Both the position numbers and the translations under genes were made by a program. Below the pieces are notes generated by a model. The model worked only from the letters and a program-made list of their open reading frames with translations, did not search any database and was not told the origin of the DNA. Shown in pieces: positions 36,219-45,765 of a DNA stretch of 64,000 bases (its first letter is position 1; each line of letters opens with the position of its first letter). The stretch is from positions 96,001 through 160,000 of the IMG/VR virus record IMGVR_UViG_3300028800_000059; one strand, written 5' to 3'. The DNA is from a virus.

Positions 36219-37562
36219 TTACATGAGATTGCGAACCCTGAAGATTCGGTAGTAGATGTTAGCCTGACCAGCGGTGTTACGATCACCAACTACGCCGTCG
36301 CCGTTTGTAGTTGCGAAAGGATTGGCAACCATGCCGTATCGTGTCTTGAAACCGATACGTGGCTGGAAGGTATCCTGACCAACGGCACGTACCATCTGTA
36401 GTGGGACGTATGGACAGTAGAAGATACCAGCGTCATAAGGAGAAGTTCCCTTGTAACCAACCAGTGCTAGTTCGTCGCCGCTTGAAGAACCACCGAAGTA
36501 TGGATCGATGTAAACTTTTACGCGACCACCGTGCATTGTACCAGCGAAGGTGTTGCCAGTGTCGTCAACGGATAGATTTGCATCCAGGTTTGGAGTGTAC
36601 GTTAGAATTCCAGTCATGGACATTGCCGATGCTACGTCCGAAGAAACTAGAATAACGTTACCCTTGCCTCGACGTGTTGCTTTTGCAATAGCGTTGGCTT
36701 CACGTTCGATCTGGAAAATCAGACCCTTGAACTTTTCACCCATCCAACGACCATTTGCGTCGGTGTCAAGGTCGAAAGTACCAGAGGTGGTTGTGCCGTA
36801 GGTGCAACCAACAGTTGCCGTACGATAGATTGTACGAATAACTTCACGATTGATTTCGGCAAGAACTTCTGTGGACAGAATGTTTGCCAATTCAGTTTCA
36901 GCGTCAAGACCATGAATAGCCTTCAAGTCTTGTGCCAATTCCATCGAGTATTCAGCCTTCAATGCTCGGCTACGTGCTGTTACAGTGACCTTGTCGATCT
37001 TGAATGCCATTTCAGCAAACAGGTTTGCGCCAGTGTCTCCCAATGCTTCGGCAGATGCCGTGGACATTGCGTTACCAGTCGTATAGGCAATTGAGTTTGC
37101 AGTATTGATAACTGGGTCAGTACCAGTGTTGGTTAACTGGACGCCGGCTGTGTTACCTGCCTTGTTGCTGGAGGAGAAAGTCGTATCAGCTTCGTTGAAC
37201 AACGCTTCTGTTCCACCCTGAGTTGAATAAGTGGAACGCATTGCGAAGATAAGCCCTGTTGGACCTGTCATTGGCTGAACGCCGCAAACATCATACGCAA
37301 TCAAATTTGGTAGAGCGCGACGAACCAATGAAATCAGGATTGGATCGTAGTTGTTGATCGATGCACCAGTTGAGTTCGTTGGTGCCGATTCAGACAACAT
37401 GTTTGGACGGGAGAAAATATCATTTTCTGTTGCCAAAACCTGGGTCTGGGTTTCCATGCAGAGTGCGGTGACCGCTCTCTTGTATGGGTCCTTGATCTTT
37501 GGTAGTGCTGGATGATCCAGAATTCCGGCCCATTTCTTTTCGATTGCTTCGTTAAGTAACAT
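36219..37562 (-). CDS. gp23: Major capsid protein
   Basis: DPILISLVRR..PNLIAYDVCGVQPMTGPTGLIFAMR...RALKAEYSMELAQDLKAIHGLDAE...FQPRIGFKTRYG. Confidence 0.99.
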   Translation of the reverse strand: MLLNEAIEKKWAGILDHPALPKIKDPYKRAVTALCMETQTQVLATENDIFSRPNMLSESAPTNSTGASINNYDPILISLVRRALPNLIAYDVCGVQPMTGPTGLIFAMRSTYSTQGGTEALFNEADTTFSSSNKAGNTAGVQLTNTGTDPVINTANSIAYTTGNAMSTASAEALGDTGANLFAEMAFKIDKVTVTARSRALKAEYSMELAQDLKAIHGLDAETELANILSTEVLAEINREVIRTIYRTATVGCTYGTTTSGTFDLDTDANGRWMGEKFKGLIFQIEREANAIAKATRRGKGNVILVSSDVASAMSMTGILTYTPNLDANLSVDDTGNTFAGTMHGGRVKVYIDPYFGGSSSGDELALVGYKGTSPYDAGIFYCPYVPLQMVRAVGQDTFQPRIGFKTRYGMVANPFATTNGDGVVGDRNTAGQANIYYRIFRVRNLM

Positions 37563-37603
37563 TTTTTTTCTCTCCGTGATTTTTGTTTTTGTTGTTACGT
37601 TTT

Positions 37604-37611
37604 TATTTATA
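37604..37611 (-). promoter_or_regulatory. T4 late promoter for gp23
   Basis: TATAAATA in the gp22-gp23 spacer. Confidence 0.85.
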
Positions 37612-37627
37612 ATTCCTGGAATTTCAA

Positions 37628-38812
37628 TTATTTCTTGAAACGATCTAGGAACGCAAGTGTTGACTGCATTTCTGGGTCAACCTTGTCGTGGTTGGTATTA
37701 TCTTCGGCAAGCATTTTTGCATTTTCTGGATCGCCAGCGTCTCTTGCGGCATCATCCAATTCTGCGCTAACGTTTGTCTTGTTGGCTGGGAAATAACTTT
37801 CCTTTAGAACTTCAAGCTTGGTTGCGAATTCTTCGTCGGTTGTGAATTCAGTTCCTTCGGCTAGCTGATAAACTTTTGCTGCCTGTACGTCAGTTAATTC
37901 CTTACAAGATTCCTTGATGATAAGAACTTTCTTGACTTCGTTAAGTTCTTTCTTGGTATCGATCCCGCGCTGAATTTCTTCATTCAACTTGGTTTCCAAT
38001 TCGTCAGCCTTGGCTGCCAATTCTTCGACAACATCAACCTTGTCTTCTGGAATGTCGATGTAGTGTTCGGCAAATAGTTTCTTTAGACCGGCCATGAAAT
38101 CTTCGGTCAATTCTGTGCGGATGCCAGCTTCTACGGCGAGTTCATTGTCGGCAACCCACTGTTCGGCAACATAGCCCATATAATCATTGACTTTGTTTTC
38201 TAGGTCTTCACGAATAACAGCCACAGCATCAGATAGTTCCTGTTGAGTCTGTTTGCGAAGAATTGTATAGGCTTCGGTTACGCGAGCGATAACGGCCGCT
38301 TCGAAAATTGTTTCGGCGCGGGTTTTGAATTCTTCGGATAGATCATCCTGGCCAGCCAATAGAGCATCAACATCTTCCTTGATGGCATCTTTCTTGACAA
38401 CCTTCTTGATCAATTCCTTGTCTTCTTCTTCGTCATTGTGACCTTCAGTAATTTCATCGGCTTCGACAACGCGGGACTGCATTCCATGTTCGGAACCAGT
38501 ATCACCAGACTGAGAATGTGTGCCGTCTACAAGCGATTCGGCACCTTCTTCGCTGTTTCCGTTACCAAACTGGTTTCCTGGATAAACGTGACGTGGTTCG
38601 TTTCCTACTGGAGGAGTTGCACCTGGAGGAGTTGCTGTTGGTGCACCGTGAGTTGCGGCCTGAGCCTTGTCGGCTGGATGACTTGGTGTTGGGCCACCAA
38701 TTTCAGCTTCACCGTCCTGTGACAATTTCTTTGGCTTGTCTTCCTTGCCCTGTGCGGTATGAACAGAAGCGTTTAGAATGTCGGCTGCATCTTCTAGAAG
38801 TGTTCTTGCCAT
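37628..38812 (-). CDS. gp22: Prohead core scaffold protein
   Basis: LSEEFKTRAETIFEAAV...YVAEQW..DNELAVE.GIRTEL.EDFM.GLK.LF.EHYIDIPEDKVDVV. Confidence 0.93.
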   Translation of the reverse strand: MARTLLEDAADILNASVHTAQGKEDKPKKLSQDGEAEIGGPTPSHPADKAQAATHGAPTATPPGATPPVGNEPRHVYPGNQFGNGNSEEGAESLVDGTHSQSGDTGSEHGMQSRVVEADEITEGHNDEEEDKELIKKVVKKDAIKEDVDALLAGQDDLSEEFKTRAETIFEAAVIARVTEAYTILRKQTQQELSDAVAVIREDLENKVNDYMGYVAEQWVADNELAVEAGIRTELTEDFMAGLKKLFAEHYIDIPEDKVDVVEELAAKADELETKLNEEIQRGIDTKKELNEVKKVLIIKESCKELTDVQAAKVYQLAEGTEFTTDEEFATKLEVLKESYFPANKTNVSAELDDAARDAGDPENAKMLAEDNTNHDKVDPEMQSTLAFLDRFKK

Positions 38813-38854
38813 GGTAGATATTCTCCGTAATTCAAATTGATTGTTTGGTGAAAT

Positions 38855-38862
38855 TATTTATA
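38855..38862 (-). promoter_or_regulatory. T4 late promoter for gp22
   Basis: TATAAATA overlapping the gp21 stop codon. Confidence 0.75.
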
Positions 38863-39517
38863 CTTTTGATAACTTTGAGAAAAACGCATCCATTACTTTA
38901 ATAGCGCGAGTTTCATAGTCTTTTTGATTTTTAGACTCGTTCAAATACTTGACGGCCTTGGATTGACTTGCTGGCAACCATTGCTTGTTTTCATAGACCC
39001 ATTCGGCGCCTTCGTAAATGCCATTGACAAAGGCATCCGGGGCGGATGGATCGATTACGATATCGGCTGCTGTCATTAGGCGAAGGTCTGGTTGGACTAT
39101 CGAGGCACCATTTGATTCTTTCAGCGAACCAAGAGCCCGGGAAGAAGCTGCAAGTTGGCCACCGTCATTTAGGATTGCGCGAACGATATTACCCTGTGGA
39201 GTTGTTCCAATTTTGGCTTTGCCAATCCAGTTGTCGCCGTCTTCTTTCAAAGAAGTGATACGGTGGGAAATTCTATCTTCATTGATTTTTGGTGTGTCTG
39301 GATGCCCTAGTTCGCCGTAGGCACGATTACGATTTACGTATTGCGTGATATAACGGGCACATTCATTTCGCAACGTTTCTTTTGGATAGATACGGCCATT
39401 CTTATTGAGTTTATTGGCCTGCATGAAAATGCCGTGGATGTAGTAATCCTTGCCTCCTGTTGAAGTGGCTTCGGTTAGGACTTCGAATTCTTGAATATCT
39501 TCTTTGATTAATAACAT
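38858..39517 (-). CDS. gp21: Prohead protease
   Basis: GIFMQA...NKNGRIYP...AYGELGHP...SHRIT...SSRALGSL...ADIV.DPSAPDAFV.GI.E. Confidence 0.97.
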   Translation of the reverse strand: MLLIKEDIQEFEVLTEATSTGGKDYYIHGIFMQANKLNKNGRIYPKETLRNECARYITQYVNRNRAYGELGHPDTPKINEDRISHRITSLKEDGDNWIGKAKIGTTPQGNIVRAILNDGGQLAASSRALGSLKESNGASIVQPDLRLMTAADIVIDPSAPDAFVNGIYEGAEWVYENKQWLPASQSKAVKYLNESKNQKDYETRAIKVMDAFFSKLSKV

Positions 39518-39528
39518 AGTGGTATTAT

Positions 39529-40155
39529 TTATTCTTTCGCAGTTGCAGGACCGTGGTGTTTTAGGATTGCATTTTTCAAATCTTCATAGGCACTTGCATG
39601 TTGACTAGGTATTTGTGTTAGACGGAGAGTGCCTGATTTTTTTGATTGCGCCATTTTTTCAACATAATTATGTAAATGTTTATCAACTTCTGGATGAAGT
39701 CCATTATAATGTCTAGTATCGTCTCCAGGAATCATGACCTTAACTGGTCCTCGTTTCCCAGCAATTGTATAGGAAGGAGTATGCGTTGGATGTGCTTCGA
39801 TTCCTGCTTGATGAATTCCTGCACGTCCTGGATTATCGAAAGATCGACCATCGGAAGTCTTGAAACGATTTTCCCATTCGACATTGCGCCGACCTGGACC
39901 GGCTTCATTCAAAGAAGATTCATTATAGGTTTTGCGTTTTCCTGTGCCTTTGCAAATTTCACATGTAATGGTTTTCTTCGGTCTTGTGTCGGGGCCTCCT
40001 CCACCATATGGTAAATGAACTTGATATTTTCCTTTACCATTACATTTAGAACATGTCTTGTTTTTTTCATCTTCACCTTTAAGAAATTTATCATGGGCTC
40101 GCGCATTATCGCGTCCTGGAGACATTTCTGTTATATAAGTCTTGAATGATTTCAT
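39529..40155 (-). CDS. Putative internal head protein with capsid-targeting N-terminus and DnaJ-type Zn finger
   Basis: MKSFKTYITE N-terminus, CSKCNGKG/CEICKGTG and an SLNE junction. Confidence 0.55.
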   Translation of the reverse strand: MKSFKTYITEMSPGRDNARAHDKFLKGEDEKNKTCSKCNGKGKYQVHLPYGGGGPDTRPKKTITCEICKGTGKRKTYNESSLNEAGPGRRNVEWENRFKTSDGRSFDNPGRAGIHQAGIEAHPTHTPSYTIAGKRGPVKVMIPGDDTRHYNGLHPEVDKHLHNYVEKMAQSKKSGTLRLTQIPSQHASAYEDLKNAILKHHGPATAKE

Positions 40156-40655
40156 GCTCGCAGCCCTAGTGCCTTTCTTTTCCGTAGTGACCTTTTCAAG
40201 GCCATTCTTGTTCTACTTCTTTTTGATTTTCTTTTTCGGACGGCCTTTCGAGCGCCCATTTTTCTAGCCCGTCTTTCAGCCGAACTCATTCTAACTAATC
40301 GTCCACCGCGTAACGTATAACCTTTCACATTCGATAATCTTTTTCGGCGCTGGATTTTTCCACGGCGAATTCGAATTCTAATGATCTTGATCCGTGGAGC
40401 CTCTTCTAGATTTTCTTCTTTTCTCAAGGCTGGTTCACGATAATCTATAGTTTCATCATATTCAGGATCACTCATTCCAAAGGAATCTTCGTCCACAACA
40501 TATTTCTTTGCCGAGTAGGCCTTCTTGGCTTCTTCGACCTTTTTGGCACAAATCTTTTTTATCTGTTCTTTAAATTCTTCACCAAGTCGAACGCGATTTC
40601 CCGTAATGATATGGTCAAGAAGTTTTTTATTATTGAGACCCGACACCAGTACCAC
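40152..40655 (-). CDS. gp68: Prohead core protein gp68-like
   Basis: Arg/Lys-rich C-terminal half RIRRGKIQRRK...MSSAERRARK...KRSLRKRKALGL; position before gp21; start codon uncertain. Confidence 0.75.
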   Translation of the reverse strand: MVLVSGLNNKKLLDHIITGNRVRLGEEFKEQIKKICAKKVEEAKKAYSAKKYVVDEDSFGMSDPEYDETIDYREPALRKEENLEEAPRIKIIRIRIRRGKIQRRKRLSNVKGYTLRGGRLVRMSSAERRARKMGARKAVRKRKSKRSRTRMALKRSLRKRKALGLRA

Positions 40656-41202
40656 CCCGAGGTGATCTTACTCCGGCGTTGAATGCCATAGGATCGGCTG
40701 TCTGGCCCATGTCATAATCTGTTCCAATCCACTGACCAGTCTTTCGGCCTTCAATGATTACTGTATAACCAGTGTTGGCAACCATGCCCAATGTCTGCAA
40801 TCCAATATCGCCTTTTGTATTGGCGGCCGGAAGATTGTTTTTGAATACATCCACATCCGAAGCAGATTCGAACAAGGCGGTACCAAGACCAGCGGCCACG
40901 ATTGTTGCATTTGCTACGTTGGTTGGATCAGTCGAGGCCCAGAATATAATTACTTCACCAGCAAGACCGTTTACAGTAATATTAATACGTTTGATTGTTG
41001 TCCGATATGTGGACAAGTAAACACTGTTAGCGTTGCCGGCAGCAATCAAACCATTGGTGTCCAATGCACCCTGTAGATTAGCGACATGAATTTTTGTATT
41101 TGATGTTTCCTGCCCGTTTGCACCATCAAATCGTCCGATAAGTTTGATTACAAATCGACGTGAATTGTCTTCTAATGTTTGAGTTTCGAATATGTTTGCC
41201 AT
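40630..41202 (-). CDS. Conserved hypothetical (likely virion) protein
   Basis: 190-aa ORF with GAGGA SD and TAAATA upstream. Confidence 0.65.
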   Translation of the reverse strand: MANIFETQTLEDNSRRFVIKLIGRFDGANGQETSNTKIHVANLQGALDTNGLIAAGNANSVYLSTYRTTIKRINITVNGLAGEVIIFWASTDPTNVANATIVAAGLGTALFESASDVDVFKNNLPAANTKGDIGLQTLGMVANTGYTVIIEGRKTGQWIGTDYDMGQTADPMAFNAGVRSPRGGTGVGSQ

Positions 41203-41219
41203 GGGTTATCCTCTTCGTC

Positions 41220-41522
41220 TTATTTAGATTTTAGGCTGGTTATAATTTTGGAAACCCTGGTAGATTCAGGCTTATAGGATTCACTTACCGTAGAAATATC
41301 ATCGTCTTTACCCGACACGTTATATGGTACCGAAATATATTTGTCAATTGCGGTTATGTAATAAAGAGCAATTCGTTTTCCTTGAGGAAATGTCCGAATT
41401 GCTGTTCGCCGCATTATAAGGGTTGGTGGAGGATCGCGGTGTGACGTTGATGGTGTGTTATCATCGTCCTTCTCGTTGGCGCTCTCCACCAATTCTGATT
41501 TGAATACTTCAAGGGTTTTCAT
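41220..41522 (-). CDS. Hypothetical protein of the T4-like head cluster
   Basis: DPPP.LIMRR.AIR.FP.G.RIALY motif; TAATG coupling. Confidence 0.65.
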   Translation of the reverse strand: MKTLEVFKSELVESANEKDDDNTPSTSHRDPPPTLIMRRTAIRTFPQGKRIALYYITAIDKYISVPYNVSGKDDDISTVSESYKPESTRVSKIITSLKSK

Positions 41523-42925
41523 TAGGCAATCCTAAATGCTTCCCCGTGTTTTGGATTATCTAATTTGTGTCTTTCGATAGGTGCTGTTGTTGGATGTCTT
41601 TTTCTATGACCAAGAATAGTCGAAGCATCATTCACTTGATCCAAATATTTTGCTTCGGCCTTTGGATCGTGACTTTGTACGGCCTTGGCTGCTTCTCCAG
41701 CATCCTTGATGATATAATGCAATTCAGCATCAGATTTTTTATGATACGGGTGATGTAGAAGGGGAGTGGAATAACGCGCTTCCTTTAAGGCATGTTTTTT
41801 AGCCGACTCTTCATTTGTAAAGAATCCTAATTTACCTTTTTTGTTTTTGGCCGTCCAAAGAGGCTGGGAATGTGGATGAATCTTTGGTGCTTCTTTATAT
41901 TCACCAGGCTTTAATTCGCTCTTGGTTTTGTAATTGATCTTAGAATCTTCGCTGAGTCTATCCGTAGCCTTGGAAATTCCACGGAGTCTCTTTTCGGTTC
42001 GGTCATGTTCTTTATTGGCCAATGTTGGTCTTCCGGCCGTGTGCATCCCGGCCCGCGTTGCGCTCATTTGAATATCAGCCGCAGCACGTTTTACATATGA
42101 GCCAAGAGTCTTCTTTGAAAGCTCGGTTAGAACCGCTTCGCCTAGTTTTACTTTTCCAGACCCGGCACAATTTTTGCAGGTTACATCGCCCATTTCTACT
42201 TCGCCTTTTTTATTGCTAGAAAAGGCATGTGTTTTTCCTGTACCCTGACATGGCCGACAAGTTCCCATAGTTGGCTTTAACATGGACTCAACAACATATT
42301 CCTTGAATGATTTTAGAGCCTTTTGTTTTCCGGTTCCTTCACATGTTTTGCAAAGATAGGCTCTTGGTCCATATATCTTATCGCCTCTTCTACCAGTTCC
42401 CTTGCAATCAGGACATTCTTTTTTATTTTCTTCTTTGCCGCTACTTTCTCCAATGCGATATGGACCAGAATGATGAAAATGATGTGCCCAGGCATTGCCT
42501 TCGGTCTTTCGGACCATATGTTCTGGAACCTTGGCTGATTCGTAGTCGCCATGATCAATCACAACAAAAGGAGAACCATGTGGATCGCCTTTATCGTGTC
42601 GCACAACCAGACCGCTTTTCATTTTTCCTTTGTGCGGGAAGCTTACTTTGTCGCCAGGGTTGAAAGATTCTCCAAATGCCCGATCACCATCACCATTGTT
42701 GGCCTTGATATCGCCCGTGTTTGTTGCTGGCTGGGCATCATCCATTAGCGATGTTTTCTTTGCATAGCTTTTTGTTGGATCAAGTTTTAGTTGTGGCGCT
42801 GGTTTCTCAGGTTCTGGTGCCGCGGCTGGCTTTGAAGGCAGCGCACGATTGATGATAGCATGAAGCTGGGCGCTACGAATAACACCATCGCTTTCGGACA
42901 GAAATTGAGAAAGAGTTTTAGCCAT
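41522..42925 (-). CDS. Modular putative internal head polyprotein
   Basis: MAKTLSQFLSE N-terminus, internal LKSFKEYVVE, two CxxCxGxG pairs, an LSKKTLGSYV module and repeated L/I/V-x-E junctions. Confidence 0.6.
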   Translation of the reverse strand: MAKTLSQFLSESDGVIRSAQLHAIINRALPSKPAAAPEPEKPAPQLKLDPTKSYAKKTSLMDDAQPATNTGDIKANNGDGDRAFGESFNPGDKVSFPHKGKMKSGLVVRHDKGDPHGSPFVVIDHGDYESAKVPEHMVRKTEGNAWAHHFHHSGPYRIGESSGKEENKKECPDCKGTGRRGDKIYGPRAYLCKTCEGTGKQKALKSFKEYVVESMLKPTMGTCRPCQGTGKTHAFSSNKKGEVEMGDVTCKNCAGSGKVKLGEAVLTELSKKTLGSYVKRAAADIQMSATRAGMHTAGRPTLANKEHDRTEKRLRGISKATDRLSEDSKINYKTKSELKPGEYKEAPKIHPHSQPLWTAKNKKGKLGFFTNEESAKKHALKEARYSTPLLHHPYHKKSDAELHYIIKDAGEAAKAVQSHDPKAEAKYLDQVNDASTILGHRKRHPTTAPIERHKLDNPKHGEAFRIA

Positions 42926-43818
42926 TAGGAACTCCAATATGCTTCGGATTCTGGACTTGCGTTATAACGTGCCTGGCGTTGATTAAAATCGTTTCTCCAT
43001 TGTGATTTGTTCATGCCAGTGCCCTTACAAGATTTACATGATTCTATATCGACACCACTGGTATGAACTTTTCCAGTGCCATGACACGCCCGGCAGCCAT
43101 ATTTTACTTTCTTGTCGGCTGCTGGTGTATTCTTGGTTGCGGCTACGACATTTTTAGCTGCCTTTGTTGGTTCTGGCTCGCTCCAACTTACCTTAATTGC
43201 TTCGCCAAAAATCTTCCCGGCAACTTCGACGCGCTTTAGGAGTAGATTGTCCTTGACGTGGGCGCCAATTGCTCCCTGGAAGACCTCCGCGATTGCGGAT
43301 GGGTTTTCCATGATTGCAAAATCAATAATCTGTGCTGCATTGGATGGGGTTTCGTTGTCTGTCATGTTTGTTTCCTTAATATGATTTCGGCCAAGTTTGC
43401 CTGATGCCTTTGATGATCCATAACCACGTCTTACTACATCACCCATCATTTTATCGTTGTTCAATTCACTGCCTTTTTCTCTGTGACGTAATGCTCGACG
43501 TTTCAATGTTTTATTTTGTCCTTTGGTTTTTTCATCCAAAGCAACTCCTTCAGCCATTTGAGTTGGATATAAATGATGAATGTATTTGCCGTGGATCATG
43601 TTCTGATATGGCCGGTGTCTATCTGGAAGAGAACCTTCCTTGTTCCGGGATCTAATGATTTTCTTGGTGTTGGCGTGTTCTTCTTCGGTTCCAAAATGTT
43701 TGGCGAGTAAGGCAATGTTTTCAGAATGATAGTTTTGATCCTCGTTTTTTTCGTATTCAGATTTGATTTTATCAATGGTGGCACCTTTTCGTGCTTCTTC
43801 TAATGTTTCTACAGTCAT
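42925..43818 (-). CDS. Modular prohead core protein containing a gp67-like segment and a Zn finger
   Basis: Immediately after the portal; segment AQIIDFAI.ENPS..AEVF..AI...V...L..KR.EVA..IFGE is gp67-like; CRACHGTG/CKSCKGTG. Confidence 0.55.
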   Translation of the reverse strand: MTVETLEEARKGATIDKIKSEYEKNEDQNYHSENIALLAKHFGTEEEHANTKKIIRSRNKEGSLPDRHRPYQNMIHGKYIHHLYPTQMAEGVALDEKTKGQNKTLKRRALRHREKGSELNNDKMMGDVVRRGYGSSKASGKLGRNHIKETNMTDNETPSNAAQIIDFAIMENPSAIAEVFQGAIGAHVKDNLLLKRVEVAGKIFGEAIKVSWSEPEPTKAAKNVVAATKNTPAADKKVKYGCRACHGTGKVHTSGVDIESCKSCKGTGMNKSQWRNDFNQRQARYNASPESEAYWSS

Positions 43819-43820
43819 GT

Positions 43821-45734
43821 TTATTTCCCTGGTTTCTTTGGTGCCGTGGTAACTTTATTTAGATTTCCCTGAGGTTTCTTTACTGGTAGTGATGCGTTTG
43901 ATTGTTTCGCGGCTCCACTATTCGCTCCTACATCGGCCGTCTTATCGTCAAACGGTGTTGGAGCATCGGCTGAACCTCCTACTGGCCGATCCGGAGTTTC
44001 TCCTTCTTCTGGAGGCATACCAGTTCCCATGCCACCTGGACCAAATCCAGCCGCCTTTTGTTCCTCCATCAATTCTTTTTCTTCTTCAATTTCTTTGTCA
44101 ATTTGCTTGATTTCTTCTTCGTCTTGATGCAGGACGTTCTTACGAATCCATTGCTGTGAGTAATAAACTCCCTTGAATGGTTCGACCAGTGACAACACCG
44201 ACAACCGATTCATCAGTAGTTCGGCTTCTTTCAACTCAGTGAAATTGTTGTCCTTTAAGAAGTCATAGTAAATATTTTCGCGAATTTGGCGCCATTCGGA
44301 AACTGAGCAAATACCCTTCAATGAAAGTTGAATTCGCATAGCTTCATCGAACACAGTCGCAAATCTATTTCTCAGACGAGTAATGAATTTGGAGAACTTA
44401 ACTTCGTCTCGCGTAATTTCTGTGGTACGACCAAGACCCATACCACCATGTTCCTCGCCTTGTTCGACACGGCTATAAGGAACCGAAAGGGCCTTGTAGA
44501 GTTTCTTTTCGAAATACTTTACATCGGCCAATTCGCCTAGATTTTGTCCAGCCGGCAGAGTAGAAATTTCTGTGCCTTTTGAACCTTCACGGCGAGGCAA
44601 CCAGAAGTCTTCCAACATGGCCATGTATTTACGGTCGTTTCGAATTTCGCCAGTGTTGGCATCATAGACCAGTTTGTTTCTATACTTGGTCATTAGATCG
44701 CGAAGATATTGTTCGGCCTTGACCTTTGGAAGTGAACCAACATCCACATAGAAAATTCGCCGTTCTGGCGCACGAGACAACCGATAAATTACGATGGCGT
44801 CTTCGGTCATACGCAACTGATTAAGCGGCTTGATGGCCTTGTCAAGATAAGATAAAACAATTGCGCGGCGAGAGTCCATCAATCCAGATGCCACCGAAAT
44901 AATGCTGTCGGTTGCAATTCGAAGGCCTAGATTAGAATAGGCACCAATGACGCCGCGCTCGTTATAGACGTAGTATTCATTGACGGCTCGAATGATTTCG
45001 GCGCCGCTCTTTGGGTCTTTTGTTTTTTGGACTTCACGGACCTTACGGATACGTCTTGGATCAATGTAGCGAAGTTCCTTGATGCCAGCCTTTGGATTTG
45101 TTTCGTCCAAAATTACGTGGAAGAAAATTCGTCCATCGACATACCAGCGGCGAAACAGTTCATCGCCCATGTTAGAGAAATTCAAAAGCTTTAGAATAAC
45201 GTCGAATTGCTCGTTGATTTTTGTTTTGATGTTGTCTGGTTGTTCAAGGTTGTCCAACATCATTGTAACAGATTTGCCAGTTTCATCATGGACAATGGCT
45301 TCGTTTACAATGTCGTCAATACAAGATTCGCATTCTGGCTGCCGCGCCATTTCACGATATTTCGTGATAAGTTTTACTTCGTCACGGACAATACCTTCAA
45401 GATCAACGAATGTGCCATAGTAGGCACCTGATTGAATAACAACGGCACCGTCGTCATTGGATGGTAGCGCGAATGATTTTGTGTTTCCAGATGCAAGTGT
45501 ATCCTGAGAAACAACTGTGTTTCCGCTCATGCCGGCTGGCTGAATTTGAAAGCCGAACATGTTGAAAAGAGATTCGTTTAGTTTTTGAATTTCCAGAGCC
45601 CGCTGGACAGGATTAGCAGTAGAAAGAGCCGGCCGAAACAATTCTGTGAGAGAATCGTTTGGTAGTGAAATGGTTTCTTTTAGACGGCTCTTTGTAGCAG
45701 CAGGACTCTTTTTCCGTTGCGTTGTTTTGGCCAT
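43821..45734 (-). CDS. gp20: Portal vertex protein
   Basis: IDDIVNEAI, RRWYVDGRI, ELRYIDPRRI, YRLSRAPERRIFYVDVG and MLEDFWLPRREG..GTEI.TLP.GQNLG. Confidence 0.98.
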   Translation of the reverse strand: MAKTTQRKKSPAATKSRLKETISLPNDSLTELFRPALSTANPVQRALEIQKLNESLFNMFGFQIQPAGMSGNTVVSQDTLASGNTKSFALPSNDDGAVVIQSGAYYGTFVDLEGIVRDEVKLITKYREMARQPECESCIDDIVNEAIVHDETGKSVTMMLDNLEQPDNIKTKINEQFDVILKLLNFSNMGDELFRRWYVDGRIFFHVILDETNPKAGIKELRYIDPRRIRKVREVQKTKDPKSGAEIIRAVNEYYVYNERGVIGAYSNLGLRIATDSIISVASGLMDSRRAIVLSYLDKAIKPLNQLRMTEDAIVIYRLSRAPERRIFYVDVGSLPKVKAEQYLRDLMTKYRNKLVYDANTGEIRNDRKYMAMLEDFWLPRREGSKGTEISTLPAGQNLGELADVKYFEKKLYKALSVPYSRVEQGEEHGGMGLGRTTEITRDEVKFSKFITRLRNRFATVFDEAMRIQLSLKGICSVSEWRQIRENIYYDFLKDNNFTELKEAELLMNRLSVLSLVEPFKGVYYSQQWIRKNVLHQDEEEIKQIDKEIEEEKELMEEQKAAGFGPGGMGTGMPPEEGETPDRPVGGSADAPTPFDDKTADVGANSGAAKQSNASLPVKKPQGNLNKVTTAPKKPGK

Positions 45735-45765
45735 GATTTACATTCCCAAGTGAAACGCAAGGTTA

